Source: an uncultured Clostridia bacterium (GTDB lineage: Bacteria > Bacillota > Clostridia > TANB77 > CAG-508). From it: a DNA stretch of 64,000 bases. This document shows positions 29,266 through 38,849 of this stretch, piece after piece. The notes under the pieces are model-generated. The model searched no databases. It was given only the letters and a program-made list of their open reading frames with translations, and was not told the origin of the DNA. Numbering within the stretch: position 1 is the stretch's first letter; every line of letters starts with the position of its first letter. The stretch spans positions 20,179 through 84,178 of the forward strand of contig CALXZU010000002.1 of the NCBI GenBank assembly GCA_944393325.1. Direction: 5' to 3'. A program made the translations under genes and the position numbers.

Positions 29266-31519
29266 TCAATTCTTCTTCTGACAATTGTGATAGAGCTATT
29301 TGTCTATATGTTTCGCTGTTTTTCATAAGTTCATCATGTGTTCCTTTTCCTACTACTTTTCCTTCTTCTAATACAATTATTTGATCTGCATTTAAAATTG
29401 TACTAATTCTTTGTGCTACAATTATTACTGTTTTATCATGTGTTTTTTCTGATAGAGCTTCTCTTAAAGTTGCATCTGTTTTTAAATCTAATGCTGAAAA
29501 GCTATCATCAAATACAAATATTTCTGGGTCTTTTGCAAGTGCTCTTGCAATTGATATACGTTGTCTTTGTCCTCCTGAAACATTTCCCCCACCTTGCGAA
29601 ATTGGATCTTTATATTTCTTTTCCTTTGTTTCTATAAATTCAGTAGCTTGTGCAATTCGTGCTGCTTCGTACATTTTTTCATCATCCATATTATCATCTG
29701 AATATTTTATATTTGATTCTATTGTCCCTGAAAATAATAGTCCTTTTTGAGGTACAAATCCTATTATATCTCTTAAATCTTTTTGTGATACATCTTTTAC
29801 ATTTACACCATCTATTAAAAGTTCTCCTCCTGTAACATCATAAAATCTTGGAAGCAAATTCACTATTGTAGATTTTCCACTTCCAGTACTACCTATTATA
29901 GCTGTTGTTTCTCCAGGTTTTGCTGTAAAGTTTATATCTTCTAATATTTCTGTATCTGCATCTGGATATCTAAATGATACATTTTTAAATTCTACTAATC
30001 CTTTTTTATTTTCATCAAATTTCTTTAGTTCTCTTTCTGGTTTATCTTTTATACTAGGCTCTGTTTCTAATACCTCGTTTATACGTTTTGCTGATACTGA
30101 AGCTCTAGGAAGCATTATTGATATCATAGATATCATTAAAAATGCCATAACTATTTGCATTGTATATTGGATAAATGCCATCATATCTCCAACTTGCATA
30201 ATACCTTGATCTACATTATGTCCTCCTGCCCATATAATAAGTATCATAATAGAATTCATAACAAACATCAAAAGTGGCATCATCATAGACATTGTACGAT
30301 TAACAAATACATTAGTTTTCATTAAATTATTATTTGCTTTTTCAAATCTTTTTTCTTCTTTTTTCTCTTTATTAAAAGCTCTAATTACTTGCATACCACT
30401 TAAGATTTCTCTTGATACTAAGTTTAATTTATCTGTTAGTTCTTGTAATTTTTTAAATTTAGGCATAGCAACAATAAATAATGTAAGTACAATAAATAAT
30501 ACTGCAAGTATTGCAACTCCAATTATCCAAGCCATTGAACTATCACTTGTTGTTAATACTTTTGTAAAACCTCCTATACCAATAATTGGTGCATATACAA
30601 CTACTCTAAATAAAATTGCAATAAGCATTTGTATTTGTTGTATGTCATTTGTACTACGAGTAATAAGTGATGCTGTTGAAAATTCATTTAGTTCTCCTGT
30701 TGAAAAGCTAAGAACCTTTTTAAATACTTTTTCTCTTAAAGTTTTACCAAGTTTAGCAGCTACCCTTGCTGATAACAACATAATTGTTATTGCAGAAATC
30801 ATGCTAATTAATGCAACTCCAAGCATTTGTAATCCTTGGAATAATATATAATTGTTTTGAAGTTTATCAGTGTCAACGCCTAAATTGGAATATAAATTTT
30901 TAACTTCTGCAACTCCTGCTTGTTCTTTTATTGAACTTTCCATATTATCTACTTGCTTTGTAAACTCAGAAAGCATTGTATTTCTTTGTTCTTCAGGCAT
31001 TGTTTTTAATATTTCTAATACACTCATATCTTCTATTACTTGTTTTTGTGCTTCCGGAACTTTCGACATAAGTTCATTTTTAATTTCACTTTCTGTTTGT
31101 TCATTTGTTATTACACTATATTCCATTAATGGTTCTGAAAAAATTTCAGATAATTCTTCTTCTTTTTCATTATCAATATTATTTAATACATAAATTGTAT
31201 CGTTTTCTATTTCATAGTCTTTTCCTAAATAATCATCGATTATTTTCTGTTGTTCTTTTGAAACGTTGTTTCCTATTAATGAATAATTTTCTAAAATTTT
31301 TTCACCTTCGTTTGAAAAAATTAAAATATTATCCATATCTTCTTTGCTAATTATTTCAGGCACTGCGTTTTCTATCCCACCTGATTGTATGCCTATATTT
31401 ACAATTCTTGATGTAAAATCTGGTAATCTTAAATCAGCCTGTGCTTGTACTACTAATAATATTATTATCACTACTACTGACCAAAAAGATTTCTTTAAGT
31501 TTTTTAATATTTTTAGCAT
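29246..31519 (-). CDS. ABC exporter, fused permease/ATPase with ~200-aa extracytoplasmic insert (heterodimer partner)
   Basis: GSTGSGKST, VSGGQRQR, VFDDSFS; GGAGGA RBS before MLKILKNL; overlaps downstream partner by 20 nt. Confidence 0.9.
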   Translation of the reverse strand: MLKILKNLKKSFWSVVVIIILLVVQAQADLRLPDFTSRIVNIGIQSGGIENAVPEIISKEDMDNILIFSNEGEKILENYSLIGNNVSKEQQKIIDDYLGKDYEIENDTIYVLNNIDNEKEEELSEIFSEPLMEYSVITNEQTESEIKNELMSKVPEAQKQVIEDMSVLEILKTMPEEQRNTMLSEFTKQVDNMESSIKEQAGVAEVKNLYSNLGVDTDKLQNNYILFQGLQMLGVALISMISAITIMLLSARVAAKLGKTLREKVFKKVLSFSTGELNEFSTASLITRSTNDIQQIQMLIAILFRVVVYAPIIGIGGFTKVLTTSDSSMAWIIGVAILAVLFIVLTLFIVAMPKFKKLQELTDKLNLVSREILSGMQVIRAFNKEKKEEKRFEKANNNLMKTNVFVNRTMSMMMPLLMFVMNSIMILIIWAGGHNVDQGIMQVGDMMAFIQYTMQIVMAFLMISMISIMLPRASVSAKRINEVLETEPSIKDKPERELKKFDENKKGLVEFKNVSFRYPDADTEILEDINFTAKPGETTAIIGSTGSGKSTIVNLLPRFYDVTGGELLIDGVNVKDVSQKDLRDIIGFVPQKGLLFSGTIESNIKYSDDNMDDEKMYEAARIAQATEFIETKEKKYKDPISQGGGNVSGGQRQRISIARALAKDPEIFVFDDSFSALDLKTDATLREALSEKTHDKTVIIVAQRISTILNADQIIVLEEGKVVGKGTHDELMKNSETYRQIALSQLSEEELNGKGGN

Positions 31520-31615
31520 TTTTATCCTCCTTCTACACATATTTATAACACCATATCATTATATGTGACATGGTGTCATTTTGTCAATATTAATTAATAA
31601 TTGTTCACAAAAAAT

Positions 31616-32269
31616 TTACATTTTTCTAAATACTCCAGCAACTTTTCCAAGTATTTCACAATTAGGCACAATAATTGGATCCATTGTACTATTTTCTGGT
31701 TGTAATCTAATATGATCTTTTTCTTTATAAAATGTTTTAACAGTTGCTTCGTCTCCTATTAATGCAACTACTATTTCTCCATTGTTTGCTGTATTTTGTC
31801 TTTTAACTAATATATAGTCTCCATCTAAAATTCCAGCTTCTATCATACTCTCTCCTCTTACTGTTAGCATAAAACTTTCTGAATTACCAACAAAATCTAT
31901 TGGAATTGGAAAAGTATCTGTTACATTTTCTACTGCTAAAATTGGTTCTCCCGCTGTTATTTTTCCTATTATTGGCACTTCTACCATTTCTTTTTGTAAA
32001 TAGAAGTTTTTACTTGATGTTTGTTTTTCTTCTCCTGCTCCACCTTTAAGCAATCTCATTGTTCTACCTTTTTTGTCTTGTCTTTTAATGTAACCTTTTT
32101 CTTCTAGTCTTTTTAAATATCCATGTACTGTTGCTGTTGAATTTAATCCTACTGCTTTTCCTATTTCTCTTACTGATGGTGGATATCCTTCAGTCATTAT
32201 TTGTCTTTCTACAAATTTTAATATTGATTTTTCTCTTCCGTTTAGTTCTTCTTTATTGTTTTTTTCCAT
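31616..32269 (-). CDS. lexA: LexA repressor
   Basis: N-terminal wHTH ([11 protein letters not shown]), Ala-Gly cleavage region, S24 peptidase motifs (VRGESM, ...VKTF). Confidence 0.95.
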   Translation of the reverse strand: MEKNNKEELNGREKSILKFVERQIMTEGYPPSVREIGKAVGLNSTATVHGYLKRLEEKGYIKRQDKKGRTMRLLKGGAGEEKQTSSKNFYLQKEMVEVPIIGKITAGEPILAVENVTDTFPIPIDFVGNSESFMLTVRGESMIEAGILDGDYILVKRQNTANNGEIVVALIGDEATVKTFYKEKDHIRLQPENSTMDPIIVPNCEILGKVAGVFRKM

Positions 32270-32388
32270 TTAAATCACTCCCATTAAAAATCTACATCTA
32301 TAATATCATACAAACAAAAGAATGTCAAACATTTTTTCGAGATTTTTTTAGAAATTTCTTGAATAATTTTAAAAATCAGAAAAAAGCA

Positions 32389-32417
32389 TTGACTTTACAT
32401 AAACATCGTTATATAAT
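32389..32417 (+). promoter_or_regulatory. consensus sigma-A promoter TTGACT-17-TATAAT driving the Ubl/rSAM-JAB islet
   Basis: Perfect -35 and -10 with 17-bp spacer, ~130 nt upstream of ATG 32546. Confidence 0.55.
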
Positions 32418-32425
32418 GCATGTGA

Positions 32426-32443
32426 AACTTGCAAATGCAAGTT
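32426..32443. promoter_or_regulatory. operator-like palindrome AACTTGCA-AA-TGCAAGTT immediately downstream of the -10
   Basis: 8-bp perfect arms with 2-bp spacer; a further 7-bp hairpin (tattgct/agcaata) at ~32457-32475 in the leader. Confidence 0.45.
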
Positions 32444-32545
32444 AATGTAGAATAGAGATATTGCTTTTATAGCAATACTCACGATTTTCCTAAAAGGAGG
32501 GTAGTTTTTTAGTAAATTAACACTAACTATTAGAAGGGAACTATC

Positions 32546-33001
32546 ATGTCCAACAAAGAGTTCATCAATGTAAAAGTACATCTTCGAACTAACGTAGATT
32601 CTGTAAAAATCCCAACTGATATTGACGAAATTCAGCTCAAAGCTCTGCTCAGAGACTTGGGATACATTTCTTCTTATATGGAGGCTTACCTTACAACCAG
32701 TGTGTATATTCTTTCTGACGATGGTACTAGGAGGGAAAAAGAAATTTGTCTTCCTGAATATCGTTCAATTACTGAACTGGGGATTAAAGAAGGTTCTCGG
32801 CTTTATATTATTCCTGGTGTAGAACCACTTCCTAAGATTGAATACCGAACTGTTTACAAAAATTCTAGTGGTTTTGGCTATGGAGGAGGTCGCGTTCTAT
32901 ATGGCTGTCCAATGGCTCAGAGCGTTGCAGATGCTATTAACAATGCCGAAGTTTATTCAGATGAAGATAGCATAACTACAACTGGCTTCATTAATAGTTA
33001 A
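32546..33001 (+). CDS. small beta-grasp/ubiquitin-like protein with Gly-rich (GFGYGGG) segment and 35-aa Cys-containing C-terminal tail
   Basis: 151 aa. INVKVHL...ELGIKEGSRLYIIPG resembles the Ub fold pattern, then SGFGYGGG-RVLYGCPMAQ.... GC ~38-40% versus ~25% host. 18 nt upstream of the rSAM gene. Confidence 0.5.
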   Translation: MSNKEFINVKVHLRTNVDSVKIPTDIDEIQLKALLRDLGYISSYMEAYLTTSVYILSDDGTRREKEICLPEYRSITELGIKEGSRLYIIPGVEPLPKIEYRTVYKNSSGFGYGGGRVLYGCPMAQSVADAINNAEVYSDEDSITTTGFINS

Positions 33002-33019
33002 TAAGAAACAGAGGTTTAT

Positions 33020-34642
33020 ATGAACAAATATCCTTTACATACACTATTTTTTGAAGTTACTAGTAGGTGCAATGCTCTTTGTGACCATTGTGGTAGCAGG
33101 TGTACAGCCATCAAAAAAGATGAGCTTTCCGCTGATGTTTTCCAAAGAGTGCTTAGCGATGTAGCTAAGAATTTTGGAACAAAAACAATTATGCTCAACA
33201 TTACCGGAGGCGAACCTCTTATTAGACGAGATTTGTTTGACATTACTAGCTATGCAGATAAACTCGGCTTTAAGTGGGGGCTAGTAACTAATGGTATGCT
33301 AATAACAGATGATGTTATTAGTAAAATGCGAGAAACTCATATGTCTACAATTACCATTAGTCTTGATGGTATGAAAAAAACTCATGAAGAGTTTAGGCAT
33401 GTGCCTGGTTCGTTCGATAAAATTATTTTAGCTATTGAAAAGCTAAAAAAAGCTAATTTTGTTGAACATATTCAGGTTACGTTTATTGCAACCAAAAAGA
33501 ACATCTCTGAGCTACCAGAAGTTTATCGGTTACTGACTATGTTGGGAATTGATTCTCTTAGGATTAGCGGAATTGATCCTATTGGTAGAGCCAAAGATAA
33601 TGAGGAATTGATGTTAAGTCAAGAAGATTATTTGTTCCTTTTTGACTTTATGAAAAAACATCAAGAAGGTCCTCTACAAGTAGTATGGAGTTGTACTCAT
33701 TATTTTGGTAATACTGATATTACTCCAGATCCAACTGGTAAAAAGTTTACTTGCGAAACTGGTATACATATTGCTTCTGTTCTTTCGAATGGTGATATTT
33801 TTGGTTGTCCAAACATCCCAAGAAGGAAAGAACTAATACAAGGAAATGTTCTTGAAGACGATTTTTGCAAAATATGGAATACCGGATTCCAATTTTATAG
33901 AAATCCTGATAGAACAAAATCTGAGCAATGTGGCGGGTGTAAATATTGGAAATATTGCAAAGGCGATAGTTTCCATACCTTTGACTTTGAAAGAGGTGTC
34001 CCCCAGTTTTGCTACAAAGATCTTTTCAGTAGTACACCAATGCTATTAGCAGACAAGATTCAAGATGTATCATTTGATGATATTATTTCATTGTTATCCT
34101 CCAAGAATGGAGTAATGAAACATCTTACAATAAAACCTGCTAATAGGAAAGCATCCCGAACTGTACTATTTACACCACAAGCTACAAAAGATTTATTCTC
34201 TATTTTTCATTATGGAGAAAAACATCCTAGTAACTTGTACGAACAGCTAGTTGCTCTTATTGGAAATCGATTTTCGGACATTTCCTTAGTCAAATATATT
34301 ATCCCAGTAACGTTGTACAATCGTGCTGGCAATATGGCTGTTTTGAATGAATTCTGTATTAGTCAAATTATGGATGAAATTTCAATTATTAATGAAAATT
34401 CTTCCTCTTCTGACCCTATATATCAGGACTCATTCGGAAATGTTCAGTTTCTTGGCTTTGCACACAGTCATCCTGGAGAGACGGATTTTAGATTTAGCAC
34501 TAATGATACCAAAAACCATGAGGATTTTGTAGATAGATTTAGTGACTTTATATCTATTATCCTTAATCCACAAAAGCAGAAAATTGTGTGTTTTTCTGGA
34601 AAGGATTGTGTCCAAGCGAAGTTAATGTTGCTTTACAAGTAA
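33020..34642 (+). CDS. radical SAM / SPASM-domain enzyme fused to C-terminal JAB/MPN (JAMM) metalloprotease domain
   Basis: CNALCDHC (CxxxCxxC) near the N-terminus, SAM-binding GGEPL. SPASM cysteines C..GDIFGC ... CGGCKYWKYC. C-terminal FLGFAHSHPGETDFRFSTND = HxH-x8-S-x2-D JAMM motif preceded by a conserved Glu region. Confidence 0.75.
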   Translation: MNKYPLHTLFFEVTSRCNALCDHCGSRCTAIKKDELSADVFQRVLSDVAKNFGTKTIMLNITGGEPLIRRDLFDITSYADKLGFKWGLVTNGMLITDDVISKMRETHMSTITISLDGMKKTHEEFRHVPGSFDKIILAIEKLKKANFVEHIQVTFIATKKNISELPEVYRLLTMLGIDSLRISGIDPIGRAKDNEELMLSQEDYLFLFDFMKKHQEGPLQVVWSCTHYFGNTDITPDPTGKKFTCETGIHIASVLSNGDIFGCPNIPRRKELIQGNVLEDDFCKIWNTGFQFYRNPDRTKSEQCGGCKYWKYCKGDSFHTFDFERGVPQFCYKDLFSSTPMLLADKIQDVSFDDIISLLSSKNGVMKHLTIKPANRKASRTVLFTPQATKDLFSIFHYGEKHPSNLYEQLVALIGNRFSDISLVKYIIPVTLYNRAGNMAVLNEFCISQIMDEISIINENSSSSDPIYQDSFGNVQFLGFAHSHPGETDFRFSTNDTKNHEDFVDRFSDFISIILNPQKQKIVCFSGKDCVQAKLMLLYK

Positions 34643-34652
34643 CTACATAAAC

Positions 34653-34688
34653 AAATACAGAGGAGGTTTGTAAACTTCCTCTGTATTT
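34653..34688. terminator. bidirectional terminator between rSAM-JAB gene (+) and M23 gene (-)
   Basis: 12-bp perfect stem aaatacagagga/tcctctgtattt with 12-nt loop. Confidence 0.55.
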
Positions 34689-34705
34689 GTTACTGTACTA
34701 TTTGT

Positions 34706-35557
34706 CTATTTCATAACAGTTGTTGGATCAATTTGTACTCCATCTTTCAATATTTCAAAATGAAGATGTGGCTCATCTGCAATTTCAAATGTAGCTGTAT
34801 TTCCAACAGTCCCTATACTTTGACCTTTATCTACTTTTTCACCTTCAATTACAAATTCAGAACTTAAAAGATTAGCATAAACTGTCTGATAACCATCATC
34901 ATGTTCTATAATAATAGTTAATCCATATCTTGGATCATTTTTAATAGTTTTTATAGTACCTGCTTCTGCTGCTTTTATAACAGTTGTTTTATCAGCTTTA
35001 ATATCTATTCCAAAATGTGTAGTCCATTCTTGTAAAGTTTCTGAATATACTAAATTATCTTTAGCATATGCTTTTATTATTTCACCATCTACAGGTCTTT
35101 CAAATGATAATTCTTTTTTAGTTTCTTCTTTTGTCTCTTTTTTCTCTTCTGTTTTACTTGCTGTATTAGCCTCTGTTGTTTTAGTTATATTTTCTTTTTT
35201 TGTAGTATTATTTTCTATCTGGTTTTGTGTACTATTTGCTGTATTATTACTATTATTTTCTACATTTGTAGTTGTACTATTATTTAATGCTTCATTTACT
35301 GATTTTCCAATCTCAGTACTAACACTTTCTGTATTTGCTGGATTTGTAGAATTTGTAGTATCATTATTTGTAGCATTTGTCATATCACCAAAATCAAGAA
35401 CATCTTGCTCTATATCTTCATTTAAATTTCTACTATACATAAGTAATCCAACTAAAACAATTGTTAAAAATCCTACTCCTATTATAGAATACATCAAAAT
35501 CTTATTTTGCATAATACTTTTTTCATTATTCCTTGGTCTATTATTTCTCCTCATCAT
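34706..35557 (-). CDS. spoIIQ: membrane-anchored M23 (LytM) peptidase, SpoIIQ-like
   Basis: N-terminal TM, Asn/Thr-rich linker, M23 motifs HFGIDI and HLHFEI. Directly adjacent to spoIID as in C. difficile. GGAGGA RBS before MMRRNN. Confidence 0.55.
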   Translation of the reverse strand: MMRRNNRPRNNEKSIMQNKILMYSIIGVGFLTIVLVGLLMYSRNLNEDIEQDVLDFGDMTNATNNDTTNSTNPANTESVSTEIGKSVNEALNNSTTTNVENNSNNTANSTQNQIENNTTKKENITKTTEANTASKTEEKKETKEETKKELSFERPVDGEIIKAYAKDNLVYSETLQEWTTHFGIDIKADKTTVIKAAEAGTIKTIKNDPRYGLTIIIEHDDGYQTVYANLLSSEFVIEGEKVDKGQSIGTVGNTATFEIADEPHLHFEILKDGVQIDPTTVMK

Positions 35558-35631
35558 AATATCCTCCTTAAAACTTTTATTAATACAAGTATTTCCTATT
35601 TTGAGGAGATTATACATTTTAGGATAAATTT

Positions 35632-36636
35632 TTATAATTTATTTTCTTCTGTAATTTCTACACCTATATAAAAATGTTTAATTATATCCTCACAAGTTTT
35701 TCCTTCTTTTGCTAAACTATCTGCTCCTGTCTGACTCATTCCAACACCATGGCCATATCCTTTAACCCAAAATTTTATATTTTCACCTTCTCTAACTATT
35801 TCAAAATTAGTGGACCTTAAACCAAGCAAAGTTCTTGCTTCTGTACCTGAAAGCTCATGATTTCCGAATTTTACAGTTTTTACTCTTCCACTATCTGTAT
35901 ATTCTAAAATTTTCAAATCATCATTATTAATAAAATCAATTGTAATATCTTCATATTTAGTTTTTAATTTTTCTATAAGCTCACTTTGAGATAAAATAAC
36001 TTCAGACTGATATTGTGAATATCCATCCTCTCCCGCTGTTTCTACTACTTGTAAATAAGGATAACCTGTTCCTCCCCAGACATTTACAGGTATTTCTGTT
36101 TTTCCACCACTATTTGAATGGAAAAATGCATTTATTGGTTTTCCTTCGTATGTAATTATTTTTCCTTTTGTCTCATATACACATTCTTCTATCTTTTTCC
36201 AATTACTTTCTCTTATATTTTCATCCCATTTAGCAAGTCTGTCTTCTTTAGAAATCCATGCTTGGCAACATGTAGAAACATCACAAATGTCTGCATTTTC
36301 ATGCTTTTTATTTTGAATTTTGTAAATAGTATATGTTCTTGCAACTATTGCTTGAGCTTTTAGAGCTTCTTTTTCAAAATCTGCAGGCATTTCAGCTGAT
36401 ACCACATTACATAAATATGTGTCTATTGGAACTTCTTCAATTTCATTTGTTTTTGTATGTAATAATTTTATTGTTCCATAAGTTTTATAATTGTATTGTT
36501 CTGTTTTTTCTTCTGCTTCTGTATTACTTGTTGTAACTTTTGCTTCTACATTTTTCTTTGTAAGAAGAGCCGGTAGGAAAAAGAAAATTAATAAAAATAT
36601 AAAAAAATAGATAAAAACTTTTTTCAAAAATATCAA
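35632..36636 (-). CDS. spoIID: stage II sporulation protein D (SpoIID/LytB domain)
   Basis: Signal/TM then SpoIID domain (AQAIVARTY, NAFFHSNSGGKTE, GHGVGMSQ). Confidence 0.85.
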   Translation of the reverse strand: MIFLKKVFIYFFIFLLIFFFLPALLTKKNVEAKVTTSNTEAEEKTEQYNYKTYGTIKLLHTKTNEIEEVPIDTYLCNVVSAEMPADFEKEALKAQAIVARTYTIYKIQNKKHENADICDVSTCCQAWISKEDRLAKWDENIRESNWKKIEECVYETKGKIITYEGKPINAFFHSNSGGKTEIPVNVWGGTGYPYLQVVETAGEDGYSQYQSEVILSQSELIEKLKTKYEDITIDFINNDDLKILEYTDSGRVKTVKFGNHELSGTEARTLLGLRSTNFEIVREGENIKFWVKGYGHGVGMSQTGADSLAKEGKTCEDIIKHFYIGVEITEENKL

Positions 36637-36662
36637 CTCCTAAAAAAGCCTATATAATTTAT

Positions 36663-37394
36663 TTATGAGCATAATTTAATTTTCATTCTATTTAAAGCTC
36701 TTCTTTCAATCCTAGATATCTGAACTTGTGTTACACCTAGTATTTTTGCTACTTCATTTTGTGTTTTTCCTTTAAAATATCTAAGTAAAATAACTTTTTT
36801 ATCTCGTTCTTCTAATTCTTCAATTAGCTCATTTATTACCATTTTATTAGTTAATATCTCTTCTTCGTTCTTATCAGTAGATAATTTGTCTATTAAATTA
36901 ATACTTTTTTCACTTTTAGAATTAATATTATTTATACTTCCTTCTATAGATTCTGGTTTCTTCGTTGCTTCAATTGCTAATATTATGTCCTCTTTAGAAA
37001 CTCTTAACTCTTTTTCTATTTCTTCAATAGTAATTTCTTTCCCCTTTTTATAAAAATATTCTTTTTGCAATTCTTTTATTTTAATTCCTAACTCTTTAAT
37101 ACTCCTACTTACTTTAACAGGTCCATCATCACGTATATACCTTTTAATTTCACCCAACATATATGGTACTGCATAAGTTGTGAGTTTTACTTCAAAACTT
37201 GTGTCAAATCTTTTAATAGCTTTTATAAATCCAATACATGCGATTTGATACAAATCTTCTATTTCATAACCTCTACCTTGAAACCTTCTTACTATTGACC
37301 AAATTAATCCATTATTATTTTTTATCAAATCTTCTAATTCTTTTGTTTCACCTTGCTTAGCCATTTTTATCAATTCTATATCATTTTCGTACAT
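36663..37394 (-). CDS. sigF: sporulation sigma factor sigma-F
   Basis: Region 2 GLIWSIVRRF, YAVPYMLGEI; region 4 HTH. Third gene of the spoIIA operon. Confidence 0.9.
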   Translation of the reverse strand: MYENDIELIKMAKQGETKELEDLIKNNNGLIWSIVRRFQGRGYEIEDLYQIACIGFIKAIKRFDTSFEVKLTTYAVPYMLGEIKRYIRDDGPVKVSRSIKELGIKIKELQKEYFYKKGKEITIEEIEKELRVSKEDIILAIEATKKPESIEGSINNINSKSEKSINLIDKLSTDKNEEEILTNKMVINELIEELEERDKKVILLRYFKGKTQNEVAKILGVTQVQISRIERRALNRMKIKLCS

Positions 37395-37411
37395 ATTCTC
37401 CTCTTTTCTTT

Positions 37412-37885
37412 TTAGCTATTTGTTGTCATTAGCATCTTAAATTCATCTTCGTCATTTTCTATTTTAGGTTTTATTATCTTAGACATAGTAATTTTAGTAC
37501 CTAATCCAATAACAGATTCTACATTCATTTTATCCATAAAACTCTCCATTATTGTAAAACCCATCCCAGATCTCTCCAAGTTTGGTTTTGTTGTATAAAG
37601 TGGCTCTTTTGCTTGTTCTATATTCTCTATTCCTTTTCCCTTATCTGAAATTTCTATTATTATTTCATTATTTTTAAGCCATGCTGAAATTTTAACAACT
37701 CCTTGTTTTTTATCATAACCATGTATAATACTGTTAGTCACAGCTTCAGAAACCGCTGTTTTTATATCTGCAAGTTCTTCAATTGTAGGATCTAATTGTG
37801 AAGCAAATGCTGCGACTGCAATTCTTGCAAATGCTTCATTTGAAGACTTACTTATAAATTCTAATTTCATTTCATTATTAAACAT
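37412..37885 (-). CDS. spoIIAB: anti-sigma F factor SpoIIAB (GHKL kinase)
   Basis: [10 protein letters not shown] aligns with B. subtilis MKNEMHLEF; GHKL N-box [10 protein letters not shown] and G-boxes; RBS AGGAAGGAAAG. Confidence 0.9.
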   Translation of the reverse strand: MFNNEMKLEFISKSSNEAFARIAVAAFASQLDPTIEELADIKTAVSEAVTNSIIHGYDKKQGVVKISAWLKNNEIIIEISDKGKGIENIEQAKEPLYTTKPNLERSGMGFTIMESFMDKMNVESVIGLGTKITMSKIIKPKIENDEDEFKMLMTTNS

Positions 37886-37960
37886 TTTTCTTTCCTTCCT
37901 TTTGTGGATAATTTTATAAATCTGTCCCAACTGCTCGTTTTCGAGCAAAAGGAAACGTCC

Positions 37961-38266
37961 CTATACAACTGGTATTAATTTTAAGATTCCACTCATATCA
38001 AAAATTCTTCTTACACTTCCAGTAAGATTTCTCATACAAATTTTTGCTCCAATCATATTTGCAAACTTATACCTTCCAATTATTAAACCTATTCCTGCAC
38101 TATCCATGAAAGTAACACTATCAAAGTCAAATACAATCTTTTTAGGCATATATCTCTCCATTTCATAATCTGCTCTCCTCCTTATCTTTTGTACACTATG
38201 TTCATCAATTTCATCTGTTATTTTTAAAACTAATAACTTGTCCTTTTCAAAAAATTCTGTTTCCAT
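37961..38266 (-). CDS. spoIIAA: anti-sigma F factor antagonist SpoIIAA (STAS domain)
   Basis: 101 aa, phospho-Ser motif region DSAGIGLIIG. Confidence 0.9.
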   Translation of the reverse strand: METEFFEKDKLLVLKITDEIDEHSVQKIRRRADYEMERYMPKKIVFDFDSVTFMDSAGIGLIIGRYKFANMIGAKICMRNLTGSVRRIFDMSGILKLIPVV

Positions 38267-38341
38267 ATATCTCCTTCCCTTCTAAATTAACTTTTTTTAT
38301 TATAATATTATTTACAATATTTTCCAAGAGCAAAATATAAG

Positions 38342-38379
38342 AAGTTTTGTCGATTTTTTAGAACTTTTCGACAAAACTT
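38342..38379. promoter_or_regulatory. 12-bp perfect inverted repeat with Spo0A-box-like TGTCGAA half-sites upstream of spoIIAA
   Basis: aagttttgtcga-N14-tcgacaaaactt ~80-115 nt upstream of the spoIIAA start; minus-strand reading gives TGTCGAA. Confidence 0.35.
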
Positions 38380-38442
38380 CTTACTATTAAAGTAGCAATA
38401 TTGCTCTTTATATTAAAACAAAGACATTGCCTTTGCTTATGG

Positions 38443-38826
38443 TTAGACTATTGATAATATTACACGCCTCCATGTTGGTAGCTTTTCATCTTTTCCATAA
38501 AGGATAATACCTTTATCTGATGTTGAGACTTGTTTTAGTCTCTTCAATATCTGAATAATCTGTACTTCATCTTGATTGTTGAAATACAAAGCCTCATCTA
38601 TTGAAAATTCGATATTTTCACATTCACAAAGCTCGACTATAAAATATCTTATCTTTTTTTCATATTCCACCCAATCACAATCTGTTACAATCTCAATATA
38701 TGTATCGTCCTTTTCTCTAAGATAAAAACTTTCAGATCTTTGACCATTGTCCATAACAATATACATTTTCCAATCATAAAAATGATTAGACTTGGCACTT
38801 GCAACAACAAGTCTCATAGCAAACAA
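38443..38826 (-). CDS. hypothetical protein
   Basis: 127-aa ORF between gpr and the spoIIA operon. Confidence 0.4.
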   Translation of the reverse strand: MFAMRLVVASAKSNHFYDWKMYIVMDNGQRSESFYLREKDDTYIEIVTDCDWVEYEKKIRYFIVELCECENIEFSIDEALYFNNQDEVQIIQILKRLKQVSTSDKGIILYGKDEKLPTWRRVILSIV

Positions 38827-38849
38827 AACTATACCTCCGTTTTCAGATT

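Noticed and set aside
32270-32400. LexA (Cheo-type GAAC-N4-GTTC) box upstream of lexA
   Set aside because: Only weak half-site resemblance (GAATGTCAAACA); no convincing dyad found by eye.
33020-34642. SCIFF-type rSAM maturase, common in Clostridia
   Set aside because: The neighbour is a 151-aa, 2-Cys protein rather than a ~45-aa six-Cys peptide; the GC is foreign; and a C-terminal JAB domain is present.
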